The notes under the pieces were generated by a model. That model was not told where the DNA came from. It worked only from the letters and a program-made list of their open reading frames with translations, and did no database searches. Of a DNA stretch of 64,000 nt, positions 1 to 13,560 are shown one piece after another. This stretch comes from the human T2T-CHM13v2.0 reference genome, Homo sapiens, in assembly GCF_009914755.1 (NCBI RefSeq), contig NC_060932.1, one strand, 5' to 3'. The first letter of the stretch is position 1, and every line of letters starts with the position of its first letter. A program made the translations under genes and the position numbers.

Positions 1-20
1 GTCAAAAAAAAAAAAAGAAA
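1..20 (+). repeat. poly(A) tail, probably the 3' end of an Alu cut by the window edge
   Basis: gtc followed by an A-run, as at Alu 3' ends. Confidence 0.5.
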
Positions 21-1589
21 TTAAAATGGTAAGTTCTACTTACAACCATTTCTGTATTTTGGTCTTAAGACTGTATTGCTACCTGTAAAAAAAAGGGTAT
101 CAGCAAACTTGTTCATTATTTTTTATATGTTTTAGTTGGCAAATTAAGAGCATTTCATTTAATATTCTCTTAATTAACCCCAGTTTTAACTCTCAGTAGG
201 AATTGACATACTTGACTTTCACCATTTGTGTTTATAACATCGGCCTTATATTTGCTAGCAAGGGATTATTAATAATAAGCATTTTTTTCACGAAATGATT
301 TCAAAGACAAAACTTTAGTAATTAAGTTGTTAATGTACATTCCAGTGGAGAGTATGGGAAATACTGTCATTAGATGTTCATCTATTAGCATTTTGCCTTG
401 TCATTTAGAGAAAGGGGAGAATCATGAACCATCTGAGTTTAGAAAAGGAGGCAAAATTGGAGGCACAGGCCTTTCATCCAGCAGTAATATTAGAAGTTCT
501 GGTTACAAATGTTATTTGTTTCTTTTTGGTGGTAATATACACATGAAAAATGAATCTTTAACCCCCTTTATGTGAAGTTTAAATCTTGCATTAACTGCTG
601 GATGGTGGGACTCATTACAACTTGATTGATGACTGAACTTCCACTGTGAAGTGTTTAAGGGGCAAATATTCAGGCAAGATGAGTTGTCACTATGTTACTG
701 GAAATACACCTATTATCCTGTCAAGGTAAGTCTAAACTCTTGAAATAGGTACTAATGTGGTTTCTTGACCTGAGTGGCTTGAAATGCCAGTTCAGTACAG
801 AACACTCTATCACAAAAACAATCCATTGACAATATCACCCAAGCAGTATTTCAACAAGCCTAAGTGATGTTGGCAGCCAACTAATGAGGACATGAAGTCA
901 TGAACTGAAGCTCCACAGGCCTGCACAAATTTACACATGCATTTTAACTTGCTTTGATCTTCAGAATTGCAACTCAAGTTTGGTCAGCAATCAAGTAGTT
1001 GAAGGCTTATGCTTCTCTAGACACGTTCTATTTCTGTTCACTGTGTGCCTGGGTTGCAATGGGGGAGGGCAGTGAGGGGGAAGAAATCCTGGAAAAGCTT
1101 TGTTATCATTCCTGAAATGAAAAGTATTCTATTTAGCTTAGAAGTTTGATTCTTGATACTAATAACTGATATTAGGCAGCTCCAGCCATTTTTAAAATCT
1201 ATTGAGAGAACAAACCTGAGCATTTAATTCTCAGAACATCAGAATCAGTCACTGAGTGGTCTGTTGTGATTGTACCAGCCTAAATTTGGGGAGGTGGCCT
1301 CAAGTTTGTCTTCATTCCTTTTTTTCAGGGTTGCATGATAAAATCAGTAAGTAGAATTTTGCTGCAGATGCTACTGAATCATTGCTAGAATTTTGCTGCC
1401 CTGCTAAATTTTAGTCAAAGGAGGACTGTGCATTTTGTATTATTTTAGTTTCTATCATTCTTATCAATATTTGTTCATTTAGCTTTATATAATTTCCATG
1501 TGAGAGATTAAATGAATCATGCTACCTTATTATATAGGCAGACTCTAGTCATTTTTTGCATTAAAGATAGGCACTATCTTTTGCATAGT

Positions 1590-1917
1590 AAAATGACTGT
1601 TGCCGAAGCCAAAATGTAGTGGCTTCAGCAATAGCCATTTTACTATGACTCACAATTTTATGGGTTGGGAATTCAGGCAGGGCATAGCTTGGCAGTTTTT
1701 CAGTTGACCTTCCACTGAAGTCGGCTGGTTGAATTCAGCTGACAGTTGGCTGATCTTTGCTCATGAGCCTGACACCTTCATGAGAGTGGCTGGAAGGCTG
1801 GGCTTATGTGGGATCCTCTCTCTTTCCATGTCATCTCCAAGTCTTTCCATATGATCTCTTCAGTAGAATAGTTCTTCTCCATCTCAGGGAATTCATGGCC
1901 ATCTTTGATCTGTCACA
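1590..1917 (-). mobile_element. Old MaLR LTR (MLT1H/I/J-like)
   Basis: tagtggctt..actcacaattttatgggttgggaattcaggcagggcatagct motif; ends ctgtcaca (LTR TG start on minus strand). Confidence 0.65.
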
Positions 1918-1999
1918 AATGAATTAGTCAACTTAGTTTCCTTTGAGGTTAAGCACTAAAAAAAAAAAAAGGCGGCATGCCCGCTGATGTATACAAACC

Positions 2000-2540
2000 T
2001 AATGTACACTTCATTCATCCCTTACTTTCTACAGCCAGTGAAATTATCATCTTGAGTTGTACCTCTCAAATTTAACCTCAGGACATCTCTTGCATAGCCT
2101 TCTAACTGGTATCCTTGTCTCCTGCATCCTCTCCACTACTGCCAAAATCATTATACTAAAGCACATGTGTGATTGTGTCACTTCTCATCAATGGCTCCTA
2201 TTGGTTTATAAAGCGAAGTCCAATAGCCTTAGCCTGGCACACAAGGCCTTTCATTATTTGGTTCCAGTCTTCTTTTTAACCATGACACCCACCATTCCCT
2301 TCCCAGCTCACCCCAAACCCCTTTGCTACCTGTCATGTTCCATTGCACTCTGGCTATACTGTTTCCCAAATGCAACATGCCTTTGCATGACTATATACTT
2401 AGCAGCTCTTTTCTCCTTGAATATTATCCCTTCTCCCCATATCTACCTACTAATGTGGCCTATTCACCTTTCAAATTTCCATTCATATGTCACCTGCCTT
2501 GCACTCCCATAACACTGTGCTTACACTGTCAGTACAGGAG
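2000..2540 (+). mobile_element. L2 fragment
   Basis: ccttctaactggt...aatggctcctattg...agtccaatagccttagcctggc resembles the L2 3' region. Confidence 0.75.
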
Positions 2541-2579
2541 CAGATCACTCTTTTGCTGATACTCATTTCTTGTGTGTCA

Positions 2580-3290
2580 GCGATGCAGAGCAGAGTGGTC
2601 AACAACACAGACTCTGAGCCAGATTGTCCCAGAGTGAATCCTGTTTCACAACTTATTAGCTGTACTGGGTTGATTAGTGTCCTCATCCTTCTAAAAACTC
2701 AGAATGTGACAGTATTTGGAAATAGGCTTGCTGCAGATGTCATTAGTTAAGATGAGATCACACTGGAGTAGGGTGGCCTCTTACTCCAAACTTGCTCGTA
2801 TCCTTATAAGAAAAAAATTCAGAGGCAGACATGCACAATGTAAAGAGACACAGGGAGCATGCCATATGAACTTGGAGGTAGAAATTGGCATGATGCATCT
2901 ACAAGCCGAGGAATGCCAAGTATTGTGGTGATACCAGAATATTGGAGAAAGATATGGTGTTGATTTTCCCCCCGAGCTTTCAGAGAAAGCTTGGCCCTGC
3001 TGACACCCTGGTTTTGGACTTCTAGCCTCCAGAACTGTGAGAGAATACATGTTGCTGTTTAAGCCACCTAGTTTGTGGTACATTGTTATGGCAGCCCTAA
3101 GAAATTAATAAATGAGCTGTATGACTTGGAACAAGTTATTCATCCTGTCTGTATGTCAGTTTTCTCATCTGTAAAATGGTCATAATAATCAACCCTACTC
3201 CATAGAGTTTTATATACGTTAAACGAGTTAAGATGCAGTAACTACTTAGAACACAACCTATACACAATGAATGCTCCATCTATAATCTAT
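2580..3290 (+). mobile_element. MIR split by an MLT1 insertion
   Basis: MIR head (agactctgagccagattg) before 2660; core (tgacttggaacaagtta..tctcatctgtaaaatgg) resumes after 3110. Confidence 0.8.
2661..3110 (+). mobile_element. MLT1B/C solo LTR
   Basis: tgtactgggttga start; gccacctagtttgtggtac..gttatggcagcccta end; approximate 5-bp TSD ttagc/tgagc. Confidence 0.85.
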
Positions 3291-3364
3291 TACTGATACT
3301 TATGCGTATGAATCCTTCTCTAAGGTAGAGATCATGTCCTATTTGGTTTCTGTACCTTTTTGAG

Positions 3365-3590
3365 AAGCATTATGACATAGCAGAAAGAATCAGTGCTCAG
3401 AAAAACAAAAACCTTGAGATCAAGTTTGGGATGTGGCATTTAAGAGCCACCATGTGATTTTGGACAAGTTACTTAAATTTGAGCCTCAGTTGCCTTATCT
3501 TGAAAATAAACAAATAATGTCAACTTTGCAGTATTCTTATGGAAATTAAAATTAACATGTATCTGACACATAGTAGGTACTCAAATAATT
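3365..3590 (+). mobile_element. MIR
   Basis: tttggacaagttactt..gagcctcagtt..; tgacacatagtaggtactcaaata tail. Confidence 0.75.
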
Positions 3591-4999
3591 AGAGCTGTAT
3601 ACTCTTCCCAAAAATCACCTAATGAAGTGTCATGAACATACTAGTTGCTCAAAAAGATGTTTTTAATTGGATCATAAATTAATTGTTTTGTACCCATTTA
3701 AATTAACATTTTTGGCAGTTCATTCTATATTTTTCTGCAAAGTGTTTTTGTGGTTTTAAATTTTGTGTCCTTTCACTTAGACTCCAAAGGTCATCCCTAT
3801 CTTGGATTAGAATGCTGAGTAGAAGCACATGATTTTTTAAAAATGTATCTTGCATTATTTAATGAACTATCCATCAATCATACCTTCTCTTGTGTTTTGT
3901 GAAGGAGGAGAAAATGATTTTAACATTCTTGACAAGCTTTCCATGACTGCATCTTGATGCCAAGTTGGTTTTCTCTTGTTCTCATAACTTTATCAGCAGT
4001 CTTGCTTAGAATATTTTATTTTGTTCCTGTTGTGCTGTCACTTTGGAGACAGCCAATCAACCTAAGCATGGTTCACCATGGTGTGTGCCACTCAAATATG
4101 CAATAAGAAAGTATTTGCAGCACCAGGCTAGGAGATGAAGTTAATTAATAGAAGTACGCTGTAAAAAGTCACTTGGGGAAAATGTCAGGAAGAAATGCAA
4201 CGCCCCATTGCACTACAGCTGTGCTCATTACCAAGCCTGACACAGCACAGCTGGGACATGGCATTAGCAATGGGTGCCATGGAGGCCTGCTTGCTCCTTG
4301 GCAGCTGGTTATGTCTGGGCTACACTGGGGGCTCCACACTAGACATCATTAGGGGTTTGTAGTGTTGGTAGCTTTTGATTTTGTTCTTTGGGCCTATTTG
4401 TGTCATTACTACCAGTCTGAGACATGAAGATTTTTAACTACGGGGAAAACCATTGCATGGCTTTAAAGGATTTTCATAGGAGAAAAAGAGAATAGGATTT
4501 CATGAGAACCATGTGCTTAATAAGCTTAGAAAGCTTATTAAGACAGCTTTCTAAGTCATTAGCAAGGAAAGGAAAGTCTTTCAACAGTTAGATGTTACAG
4601 TTATACAGAGGGCTGTATTTAAGTATTTTTAATGCTGTAAAAAGTGCTTCAGCCTTTGAAGTTACACACAAAATAATTTAGTCCCAGACCAATTTCATTG
4701 GAAATAAATATTCCAAATGAATCTTTTTTCCAGTTTCAACTTTGTCAAGATATGTGGTTCAATAAATATTCTAATGGTGGCAGGTGAGCATAAATATAGA
4801 GAAGATGGTAATTAAATAGAATTTATCTTTATAGGAATATAAAAATCATACACTTTTTAGGCTAACTTTTTGATAGAAGCTGCAAATATGTCACATCCTT
4901 AATATCTTCAAAACAAGAGGAATACTAACCCAGCAATTGAAAAAAAAGACAAAAGGAGGAAGAAAATTGTCAAATTAATTGAAGAAAAGTAAATTGAAA

Positions 5000-5545
5000 C
5001 AACCTACTTTTTCAGTTGTACACTGGCAAAGATTGCAAAGATTTTGAAAAACAGGACTCAAAGCTGGTGAGTATACAGAATATATTATCTCATTAGAATA
5101 AGTTAAATTGGTATCATTTTCTAGAAAACAATTTAGCAGTATGTTTATATTCTTTGACCCAGTAGCTTTACTTCTGGGAATTAGTCCTAAGGAATAATAA
5201 GAAATTCACAGTATTAGGTGTAAACACTTCTCATAAAATTATTATAATAGGGAAAAACTAGAAGCAATTATAGAGGAATGACTAGATAGCAGTGACAAAT
5301 CCATGGAATTCTGTACACTTTGATGAATATTTAATGATATATGTACATACTCATAATCCAAGTAAAAGAAAATACAGAATTATAGATGGAATATTATACT
5401 ATTGTATAACGTAATATTTTTAAAAATGGGAAATGCATCAAAGTTCTAATTATTATCTCTGCATGGTAGGATAATGGTGATTTGTGATTTTATTGTTATT
5501 AACATTTATCATACTAATTAGTAATTGTTATTTCACCATCAGAAA
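5000..5545 (+). mobile_element. Old L1 (L1ME-type) 3' fragment
   Basis: ctagaaaacaatttagcagtat..tttgacccagtagctttacttctgggaatt..cctaagga resembles the L1M ORF2 end/3'UTR. Confidence 0.65.
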
Positions 5546-5569
5546 CAAACAGGCCATTAATTTTTCAGC

Positions 5570-6455
5570 CTGGAGGCATTAGAGAGAGGTCCTCAGCTCC
5601 ACATCCCCTATGGTATTGGTCCCTTCGGAGGCAGTTCACTGGTCGTTTGGGCCAGCATGTGATTTACATGAAGGTCTGATAAGCCAAGGAGGAGAGATCA
5701 TGAATAGTCCGCCAGGATGGGTCCCCACGGGGAAAAAGACCCAAACAAATGAATATCCACCCCTTCACTGCTGTGACCTGTGAGCACCAGGAGATGAGGT
5801 CTGCCTGCTGAGGGAGAGTAAAAGTTAAGGCGGAAAAGTGTATCTGAAATGAGAACCAGGTTCTAGATTCTAAGACGTCGCTGGGGAATGAGTGCCTCTC
5901 CTATGGGCTGGAGGCTAGAGAAAATCTGAGCTTCAGCATCTGGGAGAGCAGGCCTGAGGGATCAGTGTTGAGGACTGAAGTCAGGATCTATGGCCAAGAG
6001 TGCAGATTTGGCTAGAGAAAAGAGCAGGGCAAAATGAGTTATAGAGTGGTGGACTGTACTGTGTGTTGATGTAGAGAGGAAAGGTGAAGAACTGGGTACC
6101 TGCCTCAAAAATGGGCCGATGTCTCCTGGGTTCCGTTTTGAGTTACTTCCAACACAGTTTTTGAGCAGCATGGGCAGTGGTAATGCTAAAGAGAGTGACA
6201 CATATCAAAGGCAACCAGAGGAGCAGCAGTATTGGTGTGGGGAGAGGGATGGAGTTGGAGGAACAGGGATGGGGCCAGTGGAGAGGCACATGAGAAGCAG
6301 AAGGAAGGAAGGTGGGCTTCCTAAAGTAGAAAGGACCATCCTTCTCAAGAATGATTACAAGGCACTCCAAGGACCCCTTGTTTCAAATGCAGTAATTTCG
6401 GGGAGAGAGATGGAGGGCTGGAAGTTTAGCAATGTATTTACTGGAGACTGAGCTA
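5570..6455 (-). mobile_element. Probable old LINE (L2-like) internal fragment
   Basis: Purine-rich tract typical of antisense L2, lying next to an L2 3' end; family not firmly recognised. Confidence 0.35.
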
Positions 6456-6929
6456 GAGAATGTAATTGTGTTACCATTACAGTGACTCATTCTTTACTTT
6501 GCATTTCCAGGCTGGCATGTCCTGGCAAATGCAAATATATTGAAATGTATGAAGAATAATGAGGATAAAACATGTAAGTGTCTCTGTGCCTAACAGTAAT
6601 ACAATAAGCAAGGAAATATTTTGTGATTTATATTTTATGATCTGTTTAGAAAGTGTTTTTTAATCCTCAGATATAGCTATAGAAAATTCTCCTCTAGTCT
6701 CTAAAATTTTATCATTTCCATATTGAATAATTGCTTTTAGAAAAAATTTTATTTGTTATAAAATAGAGACCCATATATGCACTTAATTTAGGACTAAAGC
6801 AAGTTTGAATAACAATATAAAACACTAGAAATAAAATTTAATTTGTGTAACACATTTTGAATTATAAAATTATAATTATGAAATAAAAGTGACTTATTTA
6901 ACTGGGTTAGTACATAAAAATACAGAAAT

Positions 6930-7775
6930 TCATCCACTCATCATTATTAAACATTTATTGACCATCTGCTATATGTCAGGCACTGGTCAAAGAGCCAGCA
7001 TTTGAGCAGGAACCAAGCAGATAATGTCCTGCCTAATGGAGCTTATATTCTCATGGGGGCAAGGGTTAGTGATCTGAAAATTTTTCAGATATTAATGAGC
7101 TCTTCAGGGATTTCAAAGTAGAGTGATGTGATAGAGACTTCTGGGTGGCTCCTCCAGATCTTGAGGCTGAAGAAAGCCCCTTGGAGAAGGAGTCTGCTTT
7201 GTGCACATCTGTGGCAGATATGGCAGATGGGGGTGGGCATTCCTGGTGGAAGTGGACTGGCTGGAATAGGGAGGTGAGAGTGGGCAGAGAGGCAGGCAGA
7301 GGCTGGGAACCAGGCAGGGAGAGGAGGCAGGACTTGTTCTGACTGCTGTGGGCAGGCAATGGAGGGGTTAAAACAGAGGTATTATGCTATCCAATTTCTA
7401 TTTTTAAAAAATTACTCTAGCCCCTGTTTGGAAAGTGGAGTCTAGGGTAGCAAGAGGGGAAACAGAGAACATGTTGGGAGGCTATTGAAACAGGTACTTG
7501 AGAGGTGCTGATGCCTTGGATGAGGGCTGTGGAACTGGAGATGGGGAAGTAAAGGCTGTAAGTTAGAAATGCCTGTGGGTGTGCTCCTGGAAGCTAGAGA
7601 GAAGACACAAGGGAAGGAGCTAGCCTCGGGGTACCACCAATGGTGAGGTATCCAGCAGGGGGAGAGGGCCATCAAAGGAAACTGATAAAGAATAGAAATT
7701 ACAATGGAGTCTCTCCAAGATGAGAGATAAGAATGTCTCAGAAAGCAAGGGATGAGACATCAGTTCAGCCACATT
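6930..7775 (-). mobile_element. L2 3' portion
   Basis: aacatttattgaccatctgctatatgtcaggcactg...ggagcttatattct is an antisense L2 3' end. Confidence 0.85.
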
Positions 7776-8059
7776 TAGGCCACCACTGGGCACATGAATT
7801 AACTCGAAACTAGTAGTTAAGAGTACATAGCTTCACAACTTGGCCCAACTTGTGAAGTTTGGGCTTCACCAGTTATCATATTGATGTCAACCATCCAAAG
7901 ATCATAAAAGGATGGTTACAAGGAGGAGTTAAGATGTTCAAACAAGTGATTTTACTTGATAACAATTTAGTGCAATTATGTATAACAAGTAATTTTCTAT
8001 GATGAAGTATAATCTTAGGCACAAGTGATGTAGTGGGGAGTAGAATTGTTTCATAGAGG

Positions 8060-8230
8060 ATTAGAATGAGAAGAAGTATGAGAGGTTATGGTCTAACACC
8101 TCTTTCATTTGTAAAGATAAGGAAACTGAGACCCAGAGCATTGAAGAGAATTTGTTCAACATCATATAGTAGCTAATTAAATATTCAAAGCTAGGACCTT
8201 GGTCCATGTTTCTTAGGTCAAGTATGTCCT
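8060..8230 (-). mobile_element. MIR
   Basis: aagataaggaaactgagacccagag core. Confidence 0.7.
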
Positions 8231-8838
8231 TACCACTCACACACACATGCACTCTCATCAGTGCATGTAGCACATAGGACAATATAGCAGTAGTTGATGA
8301 TTATTTGCTTTCAAAACTGACTTAAGAGTAATCCTGAAAAACAAACTCTCTTGAAGCATTTTCAAGCTTTATGTGATTCATAAAATTTCAGTCAACACTT
8401 CTTTTTCAAGAAGTTCCGTTAGAAGTGAGTTACATTTAACCATAGAAGAAGAAAAAAATGTATTCTTTCTGAATCAAAAAATTAGCGTAATAGATATCTG
8501 CACTAGAGTTTATAATTTTCATTAGAGACAAGAGTTTTTTCTACAATGAATATTATTAGAATTTTCTGTTGCCCTTTTATTTGTGCTTGAACATAAGCTA
8601 GAGTAGACATAGATAATATCCGATTTGGAATTTACATCAGAATCTGGTATCAGGCAAAAACACCAAGGAAGAAATATTTAATATTGTATATTATAATGTC
8701 AATTAGGATCAACTTAGTATAATTTTATCTGTAGTTCTTGAAATATTTGTAAAATATTTCAGACTACAGAGCACTATGTTTATGTGTGCACTTATGTAAA
8801 CCATTTTTCATTAAAGTCCCCAGTCGAATAAAGCATTA

Positions 8839-9003
8839 TCATCTAGACATCTTCAGTGCTGCCACACTGCGCAGACCCAGGACGTCGTTACGTTGAAGTC
8901 CAGCATTCAGGGGCTGCTGTTCACGTGGAATATTTTCACAGCTCTCCCTGGAGTTGTACAAACTGTGGCTCTGGCTGTCTTCTTTCTTCTTATGTAAAAG
9001 ATC
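8839..9003 (-). pseudogene. Putative terminal coding exon of a decayed multi-exon gene
   Basis: Acceptor ttttcag; 54 open codons DLLHKKKEDSQ...VLGLRSVAALKMSR then TGA; AATAAA on minus strand at 8576-8581. Confidence 0.45.
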
Positions 9004-9559
9004 CTGAAAACCTAAAATAGATTTTTGTTGTACCTTCTAAAGTGTAATCACTTAATAATATTTCAAAAAAATTTGGTGACTTTTCTGACCACAGGGTTGG
9101 GATAAAACAACAGGAAAAAAAAATCTTCAAATCAATGAATAGAAAAGGATTAGAGCAGGGAGTTGTTGGAGAGAAAAGATAATGACTCTTAAAGCTCTCC
9201 AAATCACATCTCTTGAAGAGTAGATGTTGTACTGAAATATAATCCCCTCAGCATGAAGGGTTTAGCATTCGAGTGTTCTTGCTTAAATCAGTGGGATTTC
9301 TTCCTCCAACTGATGTGCTTAAAAACCGAACTCTAAACTAAGTTAAGGAAAAAGTTTAAAACAGAATCTAGACTTTAAGCAATGGAATTAGGATAACATG
9401 AAGATTTTCCTCATATTTTTTCTTATTTATGTTCACCAAGTAGTATTTTTTAAAGCCTAGGTATGCAATTTGTTTGCCTCTTCCTGAAATTTCTAAGACA
9501 AATTATGCCTAACAAAAGGTTAGGGATATGATCTCTTATGTATGCAATAAAAATAACAC

Positions 9560-9720
9560 TCATAATAATAGCAACCAAAAAAATAGATAGCACTTTCTAT
9601 AGGCAAGGCACTGTCCTAAATACTTAAAAAATTTAGTAACGTATTAATCCTCACAACTGACTCTATGATGTAAGGTTTATTATTAGTCTCATTTTAAAAT
9701 GTGGTTACGGAATTCAGACA
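9560..9720 (-). mobile_element. MIR
   Basis: aggcactgtcctaaatactt..ttaatcctcacaac..attagtctcatttt. Confidence 0.7.
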
Positions 9721-10401
9721 TCATTAAATTAAAAACTGAATCATTCTAAAGGAAAATGAAGGCAAATAACTATTATAATGAGTAAATTCAGAAGACAAGT
9801 GGTTTACGTAACATACAGGATTTTGGTAATTAAAAACATATAAAAGCAAGACAGGCAGCTTATCTCACTGAAGGGGTAACAGAAAGACCTCAGGTGAAAT
9901 CCAATGAGATCAGATTTGTCAGAAAAAATGATTTTGTCTCCAATCAGTAATGACCTTTCAGCCTGCCCTAGGGTTGAGGGAACACCTTCAAAACATTGAC
10001 TTTATCACTGACCTGATGAAAATAATGGGCTCAGTCCATGAATCAAGACATGTATGTTGAGATTGCTCTAAATTTATGAATCTTGGATTGTAGGGAGTAG
10101 GGAGCACTGAAGAAAAGGAAAAAGAAAATCTATGTGCTATCCATTTTGAAACTGAGACCCATCTTTTAATCCTCAGAATGTTATTAGTATTTTCTTATAG
10201 ATTTCTGACAATTATGCATATGGATGATGTTAAAATATCATTTTTAAAGTTGATCAGTATTACAAGATAAATACCTGTATTAATTTTGCCAATACCTTTC
10301 ACAAAAAGTCTTTTGTAATAAAAATTATCTAAACAAGTCTCTTAAATGTAGATAGGGTCACCGTATTTTCAGATGCTCCCCTGGGAACAGAGTTGACTCA
10401 C

Positions 10402-10544
10402 TGCTTTCAAGCTTGCAACTCTTGGGTATTTGTGACCCCAGCACACTAAAGTTCGGTATCCGAATCTGCCAACATCTCCCTTGTTATTTTAATCACCTAT
10501 GATGTTTGTATCTTGCAATATGGACTTCCAATGATCTGTATTTT
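10402..10544 (-). pseudogene. Putative exon (143 nt, phase 1 to 0)
   Basis: Acceptor tctttctcatcatag, donor GCA|gtgagt; NTDHWKSILQDTNIIGD*NNKGDVGRFGYRTLVCWGHKYPRVASLKA with one stop. Confidence 0.55.
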
Positions 10545-11135
10545 CTATGATGAGAAAGACTCCCTTGCCATGAGGACTGCCCATGATCTTTTTAGGAACA
10601 GGAAGGCAGAGAGGATGTGTGTAGCAACCGGCTTTGCTGTTTACTGCATGGCACACTGAGCTCTTTACAATGGACTATGGAAGGGATACCTTCTATTTCA
10701 TAGCACCTTTTAAGTGTATTGTTCTGCCAATTGCAACTTTTTGCCTTATATTGGTGATACATGAGAATGAAAAAGATCAGGCATTGGCTCACTCCAGTTT
10801 GGCTTAAAATCCTAGGTAGCCCACTTGCTGCCCAACCTTAAGAAACCCATTTTTTTTTTCTGGATCCTCACTTTCTTCGTTTTCAAATGGGAACAATAGG
10901 ATTTGTGACAAGGACTAAATAACTATTAATCAATTAATTAATATTTTTGCCTGAAACATGTTAAAAAAATCCTTAAACGCAAACTGTTATTTAAAATAGA
11001 AAAAGTAATGCCAGCTCGCTCACTCTTGAGTTCAAGTGAAATAGTATATAGAAACCTAAAAACTCCATAAAAACTTCAGATACTCTCAAGCAGTATATCC
11101 CATGCAATCATTATAAGATTTTACTTGAAACTTAC

Positions 11136-11255
11136 CATCAATAAATTCTGTGACTTCTTAATTCACAGCAGTTCCAGTGATAGTAAGCATTAACATCATA
11201 AGCCTGACTATTGCCCCATTCCAACTTAATTAACACATATAAATGATTTATTGTT
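11136..11255 (-). pseudogene. Putative exon (120 nt)
   Basis: Acceptor cctttgattttag, donor ATG|gtaagt; TINHLYVLIKLEWG... then a frame change to EVTEFID. Confidence 0.45.
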
Positions 11256-12914
11256 CTAAAATCAAAGGATTGAACAATGCAGTGTTCTCAGTGAAGAGTG
11301 ACATTTAACCTGTCCACAAGTGACCAAAGACTTGTTATACAGGTACTCAACTTTAGTAAATGTAAACATAAGCAACATAATCTTTGAAAACACAAGGAAG
11401 TAAAATAAAACTTAATGGAAGACTTGCTGGTGAATTTCTAGAGTCAGATACTGCTTCCAGTTCTTTGTCATTCATACTGGTGACATTTTGCCCTGCTTTC
11501 TTCCTTCTTTAAGTTTTCCATCTCTTTAAGCAAATTACATCATGGAAGATGCTATGGTACTTAGAAACACTTGCCCCTGAAAATCTGGTTCTAATTTAGG
11601 TCTTCATAATAAAGCTTGACACATTGAAGCAGACAGTGTTAGGAACTGAGACATCAGGGTCAAAGTCTAGAACAAGATGAACAGAAACAGTTGCCTTGGG
11701 CTTTGTGGAGGTAAAATGGACATCTGAATGCTACTGGATGAAATAATTGATTTTTCCTGAGGCAAGTATGATTTTGGTCCTTAGAACTTCTAAGCTTTTT
11801 CAAGTTTGAGCTTGCTAAGAATTATTTTTTTAATATAAAGTACAGCATGAGAAAATCAGCAGGAATGTTCTTTTCAGTAGATATCAAAGTTAGATTTTCT
11901 ATGTTTTAACATTTTTGGAAAATTAAATATGACAATATTGTTAGAAGATATGCTCTCCTGTGGAAATAACATTTCTATCAAGTTAGCATTATTTTATTTA
12001 CATATGTGCCATGTGCACACACATGCACACAATCTCACAAATAAATGTCGTGGAATAAAAGAAAACTAGATAACAATGGCTCAAGAACTGCCCCATGGTT
12101 ACATATGGACTGTCTGTTTCTGTCCCACTGTATCATTATTGTGTTTTCCACACTATGGCCAGAGAGAGTAAATCTGAATTTAGAAAGATAAACTGAAAAT
12201 AAAAGTGAAAACAATGGATTTCAAACAGGCAATTATCTCCAGATAAATTCAATCATAGCAAGAAAAAAAACCCTACAAACAAGCAAAACTAACAAAGCAG
12301 GCGATCACATCTGGCCTCTGCAAGTCCTTAGGGAACCTGCCACTATGTCTATGATGACTGAATTTATATTCCTCAAAAAATAATGTTTTAAGTATCTTTC
12401 ACACTGTTATCCAATATACATTGAGTCACTGACAGACTATGAAGATTTGTCTTACGCACCTAGACAGATATTTCTAAGTAGTTCCATGTTTCAGCAGCAT
12501 TTGACTTGGAAGAAACAAAATATAAAAATAAAATCCCTGTTATATCAAATTAATGTTTCACTATGTATTAAGATCTGACCATCTGTGGAGTGTGTTCAGT
12601 TGGTGATACATCATCCCTCAGTCTAAGCTGTACTACCAGAAGTAAAGTTCAATCCACATTGGTCTTTCCTAGCCACTCAGGGGTATCCGATGACCATATT
12701 CACGCCTCCATTGTAGTCCCATTGTAAACCCCTGATGTGGTTAAACAGTGCACTTGTTAGTTGCTGTCATTGGCACATTGAGCATTCAATTAGCAGAGTT
12801 CCTTTCTTCTGCTGTAAATTCAGAATGGTCCACATTTAAAATTCATCACCAGAATGAAGTAACGTGAAAGAGTGAATTTCTTGAGCTCTTGCAGTTATTC
12901 AGATGGGATCTTAC

Positions 12915-13032
12915 CCGTTCTCAATACGCAGAGATTATGGGTTTAAACTCCCACACTGTTGCTGAGATAATGACACCAACTCAAAGCATAAATGTGGACG
13001 ATCTAAATTTAGTCAGGTAGCAGTGGATTCTC
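12915..13032 (-). pseudogene. Putative exon (118 nt)
   Basis: Acceptor catttctacag, donor CGG|gtaaga; phase-2 start matches the exon at 20201-20379. Confidence 0.55.
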
Positions 13033-13359
13033 CTGTAGAAATGCTGCCTTTCTGCTAGGAAGGATGAGGAAACGTAGCTAGTCACACATTGATGTAAATT
13101 AGTTTTGCTCCTGAAAAAGAGTGTAATGTACAATCTGCAGTAGGCAACTCTTGTTTCTGATAACATCACAACCTCTTCTCCCAGTGCTGTTTATTGGGTA
13201 AAAATAGTTTTATTAGATATTGATTGGATGCCAAACAGCAAGGAAACACCTTTTAATTTTAAATGTATGTATTTTATAGATACAGAAAGATATCTATGAT
13301 GTCTTTATATTAGTTTCTACCATTGAAGGATTTGTTGTCATCCTAAAGGGTCAATGCAT

Positions 13360-13560
13360 GATGGTAGGTGTGGAATCAGAGAGGACTTGGGTTCAAATCC
13401 TAGCTCTACTCTAATAGCCCTGTAAAGGTAGACAAGGTTTTTAAATTGGAAACTCAATTTCTTGTGCTGTTAAAGGAATCCTCCTCACCTGAGCATATTG
13501 TTCTTACAGTAAAATGAGATCGCACAGTGAAATGGGGGATTGAGCGCAGCAGCATAGATG
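13360..13560 (+). mobile_element. MIR
   Basis: ggaatcaga..acttgggttcaaatcctagctctac. Confidence 0.7.

Noticed and set aside
600-730. Plus-strand donor AAG|gtaagt and TGATTGAT motif
   Set aside because: No clear acceptor or partner exon; single motifs are expected by chance
2057-2512. 151-aa ORF, the longest in the track
   Set aside because: Lies in an L2 remnant and has a TTG start; no gene context
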